Assembly (NCBI GenBank): GCA_013112575.1
Contig: JABFGG010000021.1
Span: 15,663-79,662, forward strand
Origin: Chloroflexota bacterium
GTDB lineage: Bacteria > Chloroflexota > Anaerolineae > Anaerolineales > UBA11579
Reading direction: 5' to 3'
DNA: 64,000 bases
Shown: piece after piece, positions 30,626-40,867 of the stretch
How the letters are laid out: each line of letters begins with the position of its first letter
Position numbering within the stretch: the first letter of the stretch is position 1
The notes under the pieces: generated by a model
Seen by the model: only the letters and a program-made list of their open reading frames with translations
Databases searched by the model: none
Told to the model about the DNA's origin: nothing
Translations under genes and position numbers: made by a program

Positions 30626-31486
30626 TCAGGATATCTCAAACTGGTATACGGGATACTCATCACCAGTGGCTTGAAACCCCGCTTTTTCGTAGAGCGACAG
30701 AGATACTTGATTATCGTTTTGGGTGTTCACGGAGATGCGCCGGTGGTGTGTATCCTTATATTCCAATAACAAATTACGCACCAGGGCATAGCCAACCCCT
30801 TGCCCTTGTGTTTCAGGATGCACGGCCAAACGTGCCAGGTGGGCCCCGGTAGGGCTGGGTGTACTAATTTGATAGCCGGAGATTTCCCCGTTCTCGTTTT
30901 CGGCAACAGTAGCAATCGCGGCTTGTGAAAAGGCCAGTTCAATGGATTGCAGCGAGTTGCGCCACAAGGTGCCAAAGGCCGCTTCATCAACGACAAGCAC
31001 CTTTTCGAGGTCTTCCTCAGTCATGGAACGGACGGAAGTATTTTTTTTAGCGGGCGGCAGGGTGTGCCCTGAATTTTCCCAGGCAAGCACGATAACGTTG
31101 TGCGTATGTGTAAAACCGTTATCTTGTAGTAAATCTCGGAACCAACCATGCAAAGGAATGGCCGCGGCATGCACAGAAGGGTGTTTGCGAAGCTGCTCAT
31201 GAGCCATGGGCCACAGTTTCTCCCAGGCCGCTTCAGGGGTGGTTTTGACTGTAGCTGCAAACATACGGATCCAGGCGATGCCGGGAGGGTCTGGTGGGCA
31301 AGCCAGGGCAGCTACGAGCCGTTCTGCTTTTTCAGCCACCAGATAAGGTTCATGGCCCAGCCAATCTAATGGCGGACGCCAGTCCAGGTGACGATGTACA
31401 TAAGTTTCAAATTGAATAAGGCTGGCAAGGTTGCGCCGGTCCTCTACTTCAGCAGGACGACAAAGTACCTTGGTAATTGGCATCAT
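30626..31486 (-). CDS. GNAT N-acetyltransferase
   Basis: RLAVHP..QGQGVG, NTQ.DN, LYEKAGF. Confidence 0.85.
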   Translation of the reverse strand: MMPITKVLCRPAEVEDRRNLASLIQFETYVHRHLDWRPPLDWLGHEPYLVAEKAERLVAALACPPDPPGIAWIRMFAATVKTTPEAAWEKLWPMAHEQLRKHPSVHAAAIPLHGWFRDLLQDNGFTHTHNVIVLAWENSGHTLPPAKKNTSVRSMTEEDLEKVLVVDEAAFGTLWRNSLQSIELAFSQAAIATVAENENGEISGYQISTPSPTGAHLARLAVHPETQGQGVGYALVRNLLLEYKDTHHRRISVNTQNDNQVSLSLYEKAGFQATGDEYPVYQFEIS

Positions 31487-31563
31487 ATCAAGGTGAGCCT
31501 TGGCGATGTCATTATGCAATTCTACCAGAGCATCAAAGATGTATTGTGACGCTTGACTCTAGC

Positions 31564-34557
31564 TTACTGGCTGTTATGGAGGTGTGTCAGGAAGGCTTCC
31601 ACAACCTTAGGGTCGAAGTGTTCCCCTGATTGCTCCCGAATGTATTCCAGCACCTTGTCTTCTGGCCAGGCTTTGCGGTACGGCCGGTCAGAGCGTAAGG
31701 CATCCCATACATCAACAATAGCGAAAATGCGGGCTGCCAATGGGATTTGTTCTCCCTTTAGGCCGGTTGGATAGCCACTACCATCCCATTTCTCGTGATG
31801 GCAATAAGGAATATCAATGGCAGCTTCGAGGTAAGCAATGGGTTTGATCAACTCATAAGCATACACAGGATGCATGCGCATAAGTTCCCATTCTTTATCG
31901 GTGAGTTTGCCAGGTTTGCGCAGGATCTCATCCGGGATGGCCATTTTGCCGATGTCGTGTAACAAAGCCCCGCGACTGATATGTGTCATCTCTTCGGGGG
32001 AAACTTTCATGACATTAGCCAGGCGTAGGGTCATTTCGGTCACGCGTTGAGTGTGTCCCTCGGTTTCATGGTCGCGCATGTCCAGGGCGCGTACCCAGCC
32101 TTCCAGGGTGGCCCCATAAGCCACTTCCAGTTCCAGTTTGGCTGATTGCAGGTTGTCGAACAAGTCGGCGTTATAAATTGCTGTGGCAGCCTGACTGGCA
32201 AGCGTCTCAAGGAAGCCGAGCCATTCGACATCTGCTTGGAGATGGCCGCGATGGAAGATTTCCAAAACACCCATAACCTGCCCCTTGGCAATCAGGGGGA
32301 TGGCGAAGTAGGTTTCAAAACCCTCCTCGCTCAGTAGCCGGGGACGCATGAACTCTGCACCGGTTTCCTGCAAGTTGGGCACGTGGATCAGTCTGCGTTC
32401 AAGGGCTGCGCGACCTGCATGATTGTTTCCGATGGGAATGTTGGTTTCTTCAATGGCACGTGATTGGAAACCGCGGCCAGCCGAGTAGCGCAGCATCTGC
32501 GATTCGTCGTTGAGCAAAACTGCCGCAGCATGAGCCTTGAGTTGTGATGTGGCCTGGTTGAGCAACATATTGAGGATCAGGCGCAGGTCCAAACTGGCAT
32601 TGATCGCCATACCGAGGTCGCGTTGGCCTTGCAATTGATCTAAGCGCCGGTGAGCTTCACCAAAAAGACGTGCATTCTCAATGGCGAGCGCAGCGCGTTC
32701 TGCGAAGAGCGACATAAGGCGCTGGTCTTCCTGGGAAAATGCATTGACTTCTGCGCTTTGCACATCGATCGCCCCGATGACGGTGGAACCCAATTTTAGG
32801 GGGATAGCCATCTCAGAACGGGCAGCCTCCCAGTTGGGGACATAATTACTATCGAGGGTCACATTGGGAACGTTGACGATTTCCCCTGTACGAATAGCCC
32901 TGGGAACGATGCCGGCGCCATCAATATATAATTTGCCCTGGCTGACTTCTTCGCTATAAGGTCCGGATGCGGCAATACGTTGCAACTTTGATTGGCTTGG
33001 GTCGATCATGATCAAACTGCAATTTGACTGACCGAACTCCTGCAATACGGTTTCTACGATGTTTTGGGCCAGGCTGTTTAGCTGTGGTGTGGCTGTGGAA
33101 ACGAGGTTGCCAAAAGCGCGATATAGACGGGCCAGTTCCAGGTTGCGGCTGGCAATGGCCTCTTTGGCTTCTTCAAGCTCGGCCAGTTTTTCTTCTAATT
33201 CTTTGGCGTAGGTCTGGCTTTCAGTAAATAGAGCACGGGTCTTTTCGTGTAGGGTTGTACGTTGCAAGGCAGTCGCAGCAATATTACTAATTACTTTCAG
33301 GTATTGCAGGTTTTCTTCAGTAAAGGCATTATCTCGACCAACCCACAAAGTTCCCAAAATCTCACCCTGCGCGCTTAGCGGAGCACAAGCAACTGCATTG
33401 GCGCGTTGCAAAGTTTCGGCGTTCATGAATCTTTGCTCTTTATTGTCCTGCACATCGTTATTTACATAAGTCTCCCCGCTTGAAAGAACGTAATCGACAA
33501 TTTCGTTGGAGGCAGGGACTGTTAGCTTGACCTGATCTTCCCAAATCAAGTTAGCGAATTCGACCACAAAATGAGCTTCGGAAGGATGTAAGGTGTTTAT
33601 GGTTGTGCCTGTGACATTGATCAGGGTTTCAAGTTGCTGGGCGATGACCGGGAACATAGCTGCGCGTGTTGTAGCTTGTCGCAATGCATTGCTGACCGAA
33701 GCGATCACTTCAAGTTCATTATATTTTTTATAACGTTCAGAGATATTGGTGATGCTGGCGCGGATCAACTTATTATCCGTATCGGGTAACGGCACTAAAC
33801 GAATTTCGCAGGGGATGTTCTCGCCTTCTGCGTTACGATGGGTCCACTCAAAGGTGATTGGCCCCTCTTCGCGGGCTGCTTTTATCCGTTTTACGGCAGC
33901 AGTATTTGAGTCTTCACCATCAGGCTGTTGCCTGGGTCCCAGGGTCCCAGGGTGCACCCCGACAAGGTCTTCGGCAGCAACCCCAAAAAGATTTCCAGCG
34001 TTACCACTAGCGCTTGTGATCACACCACTCTCGGCATCCAGAACAACAATGGCTTCAGGGGCATGTTCGATCAATGCGCGTAATTGAGCCTCGCTGTTGC
34101 GCAGGGCCTCTTCAGCAGCCATTTTTTCCGTGATGTCAAACGCTGTCCCTAGCACTCCAGGTGACCCACGAAATTCGATGACTGTGGCTGTATAGTCCAT
34201 CCAGCGTGTCTCTCCACCAGCCGTCAGAATCTTCACCTGATAACGGTTGGGGATATCTTCTCCCTGTTGGCGTGCCAGCCCTCTCTCTTTCACCATCTCG
34301 CGATGATCCGGATGAATGACTTCCCAGAAATCCATATCAAGCAGTTCTTCGCGTGAAAACCCCGTCATCTTTTCGGCATAAGCATTGATGAAGTACATGC
34401 GTGAACCTTGCATGATGAACACCGATGCGGCAGTCGAATCCGCTAAGATACGAAATAGTTCATTTTCGGCTGCCAGGTCGGAAAAAGAACTGGTAGGCAG
34501 CGAGAAAAGGTCTATTGCGTTTTCCTGATCGGATGGGGTCTTACTGTCTTTAGCCAT
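31564..34557 (-). CDS. PAS/GAF sensor HD-GYP cyclic-dinucleotide phosphodiesterase
   Basis: 2 PAS, 3 GAF, HDIGK, HHEKWDGSGYP, DRPYR. Confidence 0.9.
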   Translation of the reverse strand: MAKDSKTPSDQENAIDLFSLPTSSFSDLAAENELFRILADSTAASVFIMQGSRMYFINAYAEKMTGFSREELLDMDFWEVIHPDHREMVKERGLARQQGEDIPNRYQVKILTAGGETRWMDYTATVIEFRGSPGVLGTAFDITEKMAAEEALRNSEAQLRALIEHAPEAIVVLDAESGVITSASGNAGNLFGVAAEDLVGVHPGTLGPRQQPDGEDSNTAAVKRIKAAREEGPITFEWTHRNAEGENIPCEIRLVPLPDTDNKLIRASITNISERYKKYNELEVIASVSNALRQATTRAAMFPVIAQQLETLINVTGTTINTLHPSEAHFVVEFANLIWEDQVKLTVPASNEIVDYVLSSGETYVNNDVQDNKEQRFMNAETLQRANAVACAPLSAQGEILGTLWVGRDNAFTEENLQYLKVISNIAATALQRTTLHEKTRALFTESQTYAKELEEKLAELEEAKEAIASRNLELARLYRAFGNLVSTATPQLNSLAQNIVETVLQEFGQSNCSLIMIDPSQSKLQRIAASGPYSEEVSQGKLYIDGAGIVPRAIRTGEIVNVPNVTLDSNYVPNWEAARSEMAIPLKLGSTVIGAIDVQSAEVNAFSQEDQRLMSLFAERAALAIENARLFGEAHRRLDQLQGQRDLGMAINASLDLRLILNMLLNQATSQLKAHAAAVLLNDESQMLRYSAGRGFQSRAIEETNIPIGNNHAGRAALERRLIHVPNLQETGAEFMRPRLLSEEGFETYFAIPLIAKGQVMGVLEIFHRGHLQADVEWLGFLETLASQAATAIYNADLFDNLQSAKLELEVAYGATLEGWVRALDMRDHETEGHTQRVTEMTLRLANVMKVSPEEMTHISRGALLHDIGKMAIPDEILRKPGKLTDKEWELMRMHPVYAYELIKPIAYLEAAIDIPYCHHEKWDGSGYPTGLKGEQIPLAARIFAIVDVWDALRSDRPYRKAWPEDKVLEYIREQSGEHFDPKVVEAFLTHLHNSQ

Positions 34558-34740
34558 ATATGCCGCGGTTCCCGCAGTCAACAAATCCCCATCTGGTATT
34601 GGGGATGGTGTTTAGATTATATGGGATTGCCCTTATACTAAGATTATCGCTTTTGTTAGATTTTAAGAATAACCACTCAATTACAGTACTGTAAGTGTTA
34701 TTCGTACCCTAATTGGAGGGCATTTGTCATATTTCCCCGT

Positions 34741-35280
34741 CTAACGGTTCAGTAATCGCATCGGAATCTGCAATAGTCTTTTAAGAAAACGTTGCCATAG
34801 GCTGGGTTTCTTTGCATTGTCCACTCCGGCCTGCATGCTGGCCAATGCTTCTATTTGACGACCGGTGCGCATTTGAATCGCCGAAATTGATTGCATAACA
34901 GTAGCATAAAGTTCATCTTCCCCCACTGCCTTGAGTAGTTCGGCAGAATGTTGGTAGCCTTGCTCTGCCTCTTGAACCCGTTCTAAGGCTTCCAGGGCTG
35001 CCGCCTGGTTACCCAATGCCATGGCCTGCCTTTTTGTGTCTCCAAGTTCTTCAAAAACTTTGTCCGTGTTCAGGGTTGCTGCCAGGGCTGCCTCTGCGTC
35101 GCCTGATTGCAGCAAGGCCACACTCTGATTGTTGGACATTTCTGCTACAGAACCAGCATCGTCCTGTGCCTTAAACCCACTGGCGGCGGCTTCAAAGAGA
35201 TCGGCCGCTTTTTTAAATTCACCGCCTTGATAGGCGCTTTTGGCTTGTTCTGCTAACTGATTGGGGTTGTGTGCTTCCAC
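34741..35280 (-). CDS. TPR-like protein
   Basis: Ala-rich helical repeats (AMALGNQAAALEAL). Confidence 0.7.
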   Translation of the reverse strand: MEAHNPNQLAEQAKSAYQGGEFKKAADLFEAAASGFKAQDDAGSVAEMSNNQSVALLQSGDAEAALAATLNTDKVFEELGDTKRQAMALGNQAAALEALERVQEAEQGYQHSAELLKAVGEDELYATVMQSISAIQMRTGRQIEALASMQAGVDNAKKPSLWQRFLKRLLQIPMRLLNR

Positions 35281-35283
35281 GAC

Positions 35284-35961
35284 TTACAAGGAAATTTCCA
35301 GCAGATTCTCGGCCACTTCGCGTAGTTTATCTGCTGACATATGGCTGAGGCGCTCGGCTAATTCAACGTAAGGGCGGTTGATGGGTTTACTGAGAAAATC
35401 CTGTAACTCTTTCGGCAGGTCCAGAAAATCCTGCACGGCACTCTGCTCGACGATCCATTCACCTACCTGACTTTGTTGGTCGAGGAAATCGTAAGTAGAA
35501 CGGTCCAGTGTGCGGCTGATGACCTCCAATTCCGGTAAGGGAATGGCGTTTTTGCCGTCTTCATAGCGGCTGATGCGGCTTGAAGGGACGTCCGTGCGTT
35601 CACTGAGTTCTTTCAGGGAGTAGCCTTTTTCATTTCTTGCATTGCGTAACAAAACACCAATAATGCGGTTGCGCTTATCAAGAAAGCTCTCCATTTCGAT
35701 TTCTTCAGTAGGGTGGGGTGCCTCGGAGATGACTTGGTTGGCCCAGAAGTGTTTGATAGGAATGTCCAGATAGTAAGCTAAGATCTCAAGTTCTGGCAAA
35801 GACGGGGATTTTTCCCCGCGTTCAAAGGCGCCAAACATGTAGTTGGAAACTTCAAGAGCTTCGGCGCACTCCTTGATTTGTTTACCAGCAGCCTGACGCG
35901 CGTCACGGATCAATACCCCCAGCTTTTTGGCGCGTAAGATCAGAACTTGTTCGTTATCCAT
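35284..35961 (-). CDS. Tandem XRE-family HTH regulator
   Basis: Two HTH_3-like repeats ending FERGEKSPSLPELE and YEDGKNAIPLPELE. Confidence 0.85.
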   Translation of the reverse strand: MDNEQVLILRAKKLGVLIRDARQAAGKQIKECAEALEVSNYMFGAFERGEKSPSLPELEILAYYLDIPIKHFWANQVISEAPHPTEEIEMESFLDKRNRIIGVLLRNARNEKGYSLKELSERTDVPSSRISRYEDGKNAIPLPELEVISRTLDRSTYDFLDQQSQVGEWIVEQSAVQDFLDLPKELQDFLSKPINRPYVELAERLSHMSADKLREVAENLLEISL

Positions 35962-36052
35962 AGCAAATAGCTCCTACCAACAATAACTGGGGCTCATTAT
36001 AGCAAAAGGGCTTTATTCAGATACTTGTTTTCCCCCATCTATTTTTCCTAAA

Positions 36053-37381
36053 TTAGCGTCTTCTACGGCGCTCTACAAGGGGTTGGTTGTCAGTAGCAGG
36101 TAAAAAGATCTGTGCGCCTAACTTAAACCCGGCGGCCTCCAGGCGATGCATGAACATGGGGCGTATGCCTGTTGGGCGCAATTCGCCCAGGGCGTTGCCT
36201 TCTGCATCGGTACCGGTTTGTTCAAACTTGAAGACATCCGTCATCACAACCGTGTCGCCTTCCATGCCGCCAACTTCTGTGATGTAGGTGACTTTGCGGG
36301 CCCCATCCGGCAGCCGCGATTGCTGCACGATAACGTCGACAGCAGAGGCGATCTGTTCACGCACGATACGTAAGGGTAGTTCCATACCGGCCATCAGGGT
36401 AAGGGTCTCCAGCCGTGAGCTGGCATCACGCGGCGTGTTGGCGTGCACAGTAGTTAACGAGCCATCGTGACCAGTGTTCATAGCTTGCAGCATGTCAAGG
36501 GCTTCGCCGCCGCGCACTTCCCCCACCACAATGCGGTCAGGCCGCATACGCAGTGAGTTGCGCACTAACTGGCGAATGGTCATTTCACCCATGCCATCCA
36601 GGTTGGCGGCTTTGGTCTCCAGGCGCACAACGTGGTCCTGTTGCAGTTGCAACTCAGCCGCGTCCTCAATAGTGACGATGCGCTCTTCTTCGGGGATGAA
36701 GCCCGAGAGGATATTGAGTAATGTGGTTTTGCCGGAGCCGGTGCCCCCAGAGATGACAATGTTGAGGTGTGCTTTTACACAGGCTTCCAGAAATTCAGCC
36801 ATAGGCTCAGTGATCGAGCCGAAATTGATCAAATCCTGGATGCCCAGGCGTTCCTTCGAGAATTTGCGGATGGTTAGTGACGGACCGTCGATGGCTACCG
36901 GCGGCACGATAGCGTTCACGCGAGAACCATCTGGCAGCCGCGCGTCCACGGCCGGACTATCTGCGTCGATACGGCGACCTAATGGCAATACAATGCGTTC
37001 GATGACGCGCAACACATGAGCATCGTCGTCGAATTGCACACCGGTTTTTTCGAGACGGCCATTGCGTTCTACGTACACGCTATTGTAGGCATTGACCATG
37101 ACCTCGGTCACTTCGGGTTCGTCCAGCAGGGGTTGAATGGGGCCATAGCCCATCAAGTTATCTGTGACATCGTGGAAGACCTGCTCGCGTAAAGTGGGTG
37201 AGAGTTGTAAGCGGGTGCGTTCGTAGGCTTTTTCAAGCAATTCACTGATCATGCCCCCGTTGCTTTGCAGTGCGGCTGGGTTGTTTTCGAGTTCACGATG
37301 AACTGCCTGCATAAGGTAATCACGCAGTTTGTTCATCTCTTCTTGTTTCAGAGAAGTTCTAGCTGGATTTGCGTCGGACAT
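36053..37381 (-). CDS. CpaF/TadA family secretion ATPase
   Basis: DARLPDGSR, GGTGSGKTT, LRMRPDRIVVGEVRG, MNTGHDG. Confidence 0.93.
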   Translation of the reverse strand: MSDANPARTSLKQEEMNKLRDYLMQAVHRELENNPAALQSNGGMISELLEKAYERTRLQLSPTLREQVFHDVTDNLMGYGPIQPLLDEPEVTEVMVNAYNSVYVERNGRLEKTGVQFDDDAHVLRVIERIVLPLGRRIDADSPAVDARLPDGSRVNAIVPPVAIDGPSLTIRKFSKERLGIQDLINFGSITEPMAEFLEACVKAHLNIVISGGTGSGKTTLLNILSGFIPEEERIVTIEDAAELQLQQDHVVRLETKAANLDGMGEMTIRQLVRNSLRMRPDRIVVGEVRGGEALDMLQAMNTGHDGSLTTVHANTPRDASSRLETLTLMAGMELPLRIVREQIASAVDVIVQQSRLPDGARKVTYITEVGGMEGDTVVMTDVFKFEQTGTDAEGNALGELRPTGIRPMFMHRLEAAGFKLGAQIFLPATDNQPLVERRRRR

Positions 37382-37677
37382 TAATCTCCCGCATTTTCAG
37401 TGAGTTCATCTTCTGGAATCACCCAAATGATATGCGCCCGGTTGATGGCCATAAATTCACTTTCGTATTCCTGCTTCCCCTCCAGATTTGACACACTTAC
37501 ATCTGTCAGAGCCAAAAAGTCCTCCCTGGCATCCAATTCGTCTTTTAATCGCTGGTCGGGGCGTGTATGCAGGTAGCCTGAGACGCGATGGCTTGTCGTT
37601 TGCACAATGACAGCAACGCGCTCTTTGGAAACCACGTCAGTGAAGATTTTGCCTTTGTGATCGAAGTGTGTACTCAT
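37381..37677 (-). CDS. Small conserved protein (DUF6812-like)
   Basis: G.LH.RP..RLKDEL....FLALTD...INRAHIIW; overlaps the cpaF start. Confidence 0.65.
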   Translation of the reverse strand: MSTHFDHKGKIFTDVVSKERVAVIVQTTSHRVSGYLHTRPDQRLKDELDAREDFLALTDVSVSNLEGKQEYESEFMAINRAHIIWVIPEDELTENAGD

Positions 37678-37682
37678 AATGA

Positions 37683-38885
37683 TCAGATAGTTACTTTTTT
37701 ATGGTCTGGTACTTCTATTTCCAGGCGTTGCGTAATGTTCCGGGCTATTTCGCGTAAGGAGATGGTGCCCACCTCATCCGGGAATTTGTCACTAAGGGGA
37801 ACATTCATTGAGTTTGCAAAGCTGAGATTGTCATTCATGTTGGGAACAGCACCTGCTACTTTGATACCGAGCATGTCCTCGATCTCGTTGGGGCTCAAGC
37901 CTTTGACCGCATGAGTGCGGTTGAGTATGGGCATCACTATATCCAGGGAAACATCACTTATGTCCAGAAAATCCAGGACGTTTCGCGTTAGACGAGCCGC
38001 GGTTTCTTCGGGGCTGAGCGGGACTACGACCTGATTAGCTTCATGCAGAATGCTGAGGCTGATGTGGGAGAGGGTGCGGCCCAAGTCTATGAACACGAAA
38101 TCGAAGGCTTGCCGCATCGCATTGAATAGCGTAGGAAGGCGGGCTGTTTCCAATTCTTTTGAAGCCTGGGGTGTAGGTGAGCCGGCCAGGAATTGGAAAT
38201 TCCATAGGCCCATCTCAGGCAGATTTTTGTGCAGATAGGCCGGGCTGGCTTCCGATGTTGTCATGGCAGAGACTTCGATCACGTTGAGCGACCCTGTGTA
38301 ACCAACAAGGTCAGCCAAAGAACCCATCGGCAGCACCATATCAACAACCGCGATGCGTGCATCAGCATGTTCTTCTGCCATCAAGGTCGCTAGGTTGGCA
38401 CATAACGAGGAAGTCCCGATACCGCCCTGGGCATTTAAAAAAGCAATGATCTTGCCGTCCGTTTTCTTTTGCACGTAAGGTGGTGCCGATACTTTGGGAA
38501 GTTCCAGCACCTGTGGCGGTTTTTCTCCTGCAAGCAGGCTGCGCAATTTATCGACCGCATCACCCTCTTTGAGTAAAACGTGGTCGAAGTTCATAGCTTT
38601 GACGGCCTCGAACTTTTCTTCTTTTGTCGTGGGAACCAGGGCAATCAGGATGGCTTGCTCCGTACGTTTATCTTTGCGGAGCTTCTCTACCAGTTCTTTG
38701 GCTGAAATATCTTCCAATTTGGGATCTATGATGATCACATGGGGGCGATCCCGCCAGGCAGAGATCAAGCCTTCCTTGCCTGTGCCGGCAGTGAAGATCT
38801 GGTGTCCAGCTTTTTTGAGTTTGTGCGCCAGGAACTTGAGGCTGGATGGCCCGGCGTCGATGATGAGAACTCTGCGTGATTCCAA
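37683..38885 (-). CDS. REC + CpaE/TadZ-like protein
   Basis: Atypical REC (IIDAG); degenerate P-loop NAQGGIGTS. Confidence 0.78.
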   Translation of the reverse strand: MESRRVLIIDAGPSSLKFLAHKLKKAGHQIFTAGTGKEGLISAWRDRPHVIIIDPKLEDISAKELVEKLRKDKRTEQAILIALVPTTKEEKFEAVKAMNFDHVLLKEGDAVDKLRSLLAGEKPPQVLELPKVSAPPYVQKKTDGKIIAFLNAQGGIGTSSLCANLATLMAEEHADARIAVVDMVLPMGSLADLVGYTGSLNVIEVSAMTTSEASPAYLHKNLPEMGLWNFQFLAGSPTPQASKELETARLPTLFNAMRQAFDFVFIDLGRTLSHISLSILHEANQVVVPLSPEETAARLTRNVLDFLDISDVSLDIVMPILNRTHAVKGLSPNEIEDMLGIKVAGAVPNMNDNLSFANSMNVPLSDKFPDEVGTISLREIARNITQRLEIEVPDHKKVTI

Positions 38886-38903
38886 ATTAGCTCCTTTGAA
38901 ATC

Positions 38904-39593
38904 CTACTCTGCGGGCATGGTGTAGCCAGCACCCGATTTGGTGACAATGTGCTTGGGACTCTTGGGGTCTTCTTCTAGTTTTTGGCGCAAGCGCGAGATA
39001 CAAACCCACAAGATCTCTTTGTCTTCACTGTATTCAGCGCCCCACACATTGGAGAGTAGCTCCTCGGCACTGAGGGTTTTGCCAATATTGTGTGCGAATT
39101 GCAGCAGCAATCGATACTCCGTAGCGGAAAGGAAAACAGTCTCTTCCCCACGTTTGACTTCAGCCTTGGCAAAATCGATGGTCAGGTCATCATGGGAGAA
39201 TTGGCTTTGACGTGCCGTTTCTTCTGAAACCTGAGCCCTGCGCAAGACTGCCTCCACACGAGCGATCAACTCGCCTGCGGAGAAAGGTTTGACGACGTAG
39301 TCATCGGCCCCCAGGTTGAGGCCGCGCACACGGTGGATCTCTTCGCCCTTGGCGGTCAGCATGATGATAGGCACATTCGAAAATTCGCGGATGCGCTCGC
39401 AAGCTTCAAAGCCATCCAGCACAGGCATCATTACGTCCAGAAGCACCAGGTCGGGCACTTCATTGGATACAAATTCAAGGGCCTCCTGTCCGTTGGAGGC
39501 AGTGGCAACTTCGTATCCCTCTGTGGATAGATTAGCATCAACAAGGCGTACGAAACGCGGTTCATCGTCTACAACTAAGATGCGTCGGGTCAT
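38904..39593 (-). CDS. OmpR-family response regulator
   Basis: REC plus winged helix (LSATEYRLL, ISRLRQKLE, GAGY). Confidence 0.93.
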   Translation of the reverse strand: MTRRILVVDDEPRFVRLVDANLSTEGYEVATASNGQEALEFVSNEVPDLVLLDVMMPVLDGFEACERIREFSNVPIIMLTAKGEEIHRVRGLNLGADDYVVKPFSAGELIARVEAVLRRAQVSEETARQSQFSHDDLTIDFAKAEVKRGEETVFLSATEYRLLLQFAHNIGKTLSAEELLSNVWGAEYSEDKEILWVCISRLRQKLEEDPKSPKHIVTKSGAGYTMPAE

Positions 39594-40867
39594 GATTCGG
39601 TCTCCTCTTTGGGGGTTTTCAATGGGAGTAACGGTATTTCCACATGGAAGGTTGTACCCTCACCTAATTTTGATTCGGCGTAGATCTTGCCGTCATGTTC
39701 CTGCACGATCTGTTCACAGATGAATAATCCGAGGCCGCTGCCACGCACACCGGTGCTGTTTTCCGGCACCCGGTAAAAACGCTTAAAAATACTGTCCAGG
39801 TGTTCGTCGGAGATGCCCGGACCTTCATCTTCGATGGAGATACGCAAGCGCTTTTTGTTGGCTTTGAATTGAATGCGCGGCTTGCTTTGCGGCGCATATT
39901 TGGCAGCATTATTGATCAGATTGTCCAATACCTGGTTCAGACGCTTGGTGTCTGCTTTCAGGCGTTCCTCAGGGTTCGGGGCTTTTACGGTGATGTCCAA
40001 TTTTTCATAATGTGAGCGTAAACGGTTGACCACGCTACCCAGGAAGGAGCGAATATCCTGCTCCTGGATGTCCATGTGAAGATTGCCGGATTGCAAGCGG
40101 GATGAATCCAGTAGATTGCCGATCAATTCGCTGAGCCGGTCAGATTCTTCGTCGATGATCTGTAAGAACTCGTTGCGTGTTTTATCATCCCACTTGGTGT
40201 CGTCACGTAATAGGGTGGTTGTATAGCCTTTGATAAAACCAAGGGGCGTATTTAATTCGTGGGAGACCGCGGCGATGAAGTCGTCTTGCAGCTTCACCAG
40301 ACGACGTTCAGCTTCCAAGTTGGCAATGCGCTCTACCAGTTGTTTATGGCTCAAAAGCTGGGAGACGTGGGCGGCAATGAACTCTGCCAGATTGATCTGG
40401 TCTTTGTCAAAATTAGGACCACCGAAACGGATAAAGATCAATGCCCCAATGATCTCTCCGCTGACCAGCATGGGCAAACCTAGATAGAAATGCTGGCTCA
40501 AGCGATCCTCATCATCATTGATCGAGTCAGCTTCTTTGATGAAAATGCGCCCTGATTCATAGACTTCGAAGGCGGCTTTTTCACCCCACACCATTTCTTC
40601 TACCGAGGAACGGCCGCGGCCCACGGCGCGTGCAAAAGTGGGCTCAAGAGTGTCTTTTGGGTCAGAACTATGTTCGCTCTGGAGATACAGCACCACGTTA
40701 TCAAAGATCAGGACGGTGCGCGCTAGCCGGATAATGCGGTCGAGGCTTTCTTCAATGTCGATAGTTTCGGCCACCATACGACTGATGGCATATACGACCT
40801 CAAGCTCTGCCGGGCGCAGTGAACCGGTATCGGTGGTCGTTTGGAGTAAACGTTGGTTGTTATCCAT
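39590..40867 (-). CDS. GAF sensor histidine kinase
   Basis: SHELNTPL, NLINNAAKY, GSGLGL. Confidence 0.9.
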   Translation of the reverse strand: MDNNQRLLQTTTDTGSLRPAELEVVYAISRMVAETIDIEESLDRIIRLARTVLIFDNVVLYLQSEHSSDPKDTLEPTFARAVGRGRSSVEEMVWGEKAAFEVYESGRIFIKEADSINDDEDRLSQHFYLGLPMLVSGEIIGALIFIRFGGPNFDKDQINLAEFIAAHVSQLLSHKQLVERIANLEAERRLVKLQDDFIAAVSHELNTPLGFIKGYTTTLLRDDTKWDDKTRNEFLQIIDEESDRLSELIGNLLDSSRLQSGNLHMDIQEQDIRSFLGSVVNRLRSHYEKLDITVKAPNPEERLKADTKRLNQVLDNLINNAAKYAPQSKPRIQFKANKKRLRISIEDEGPGISDEHLDSIFKRFYRVPENSTGVRGSGLGLFICEQIVQEHDGKIYAESKLGEGTTFHVEIPLLPLKTPKEETES

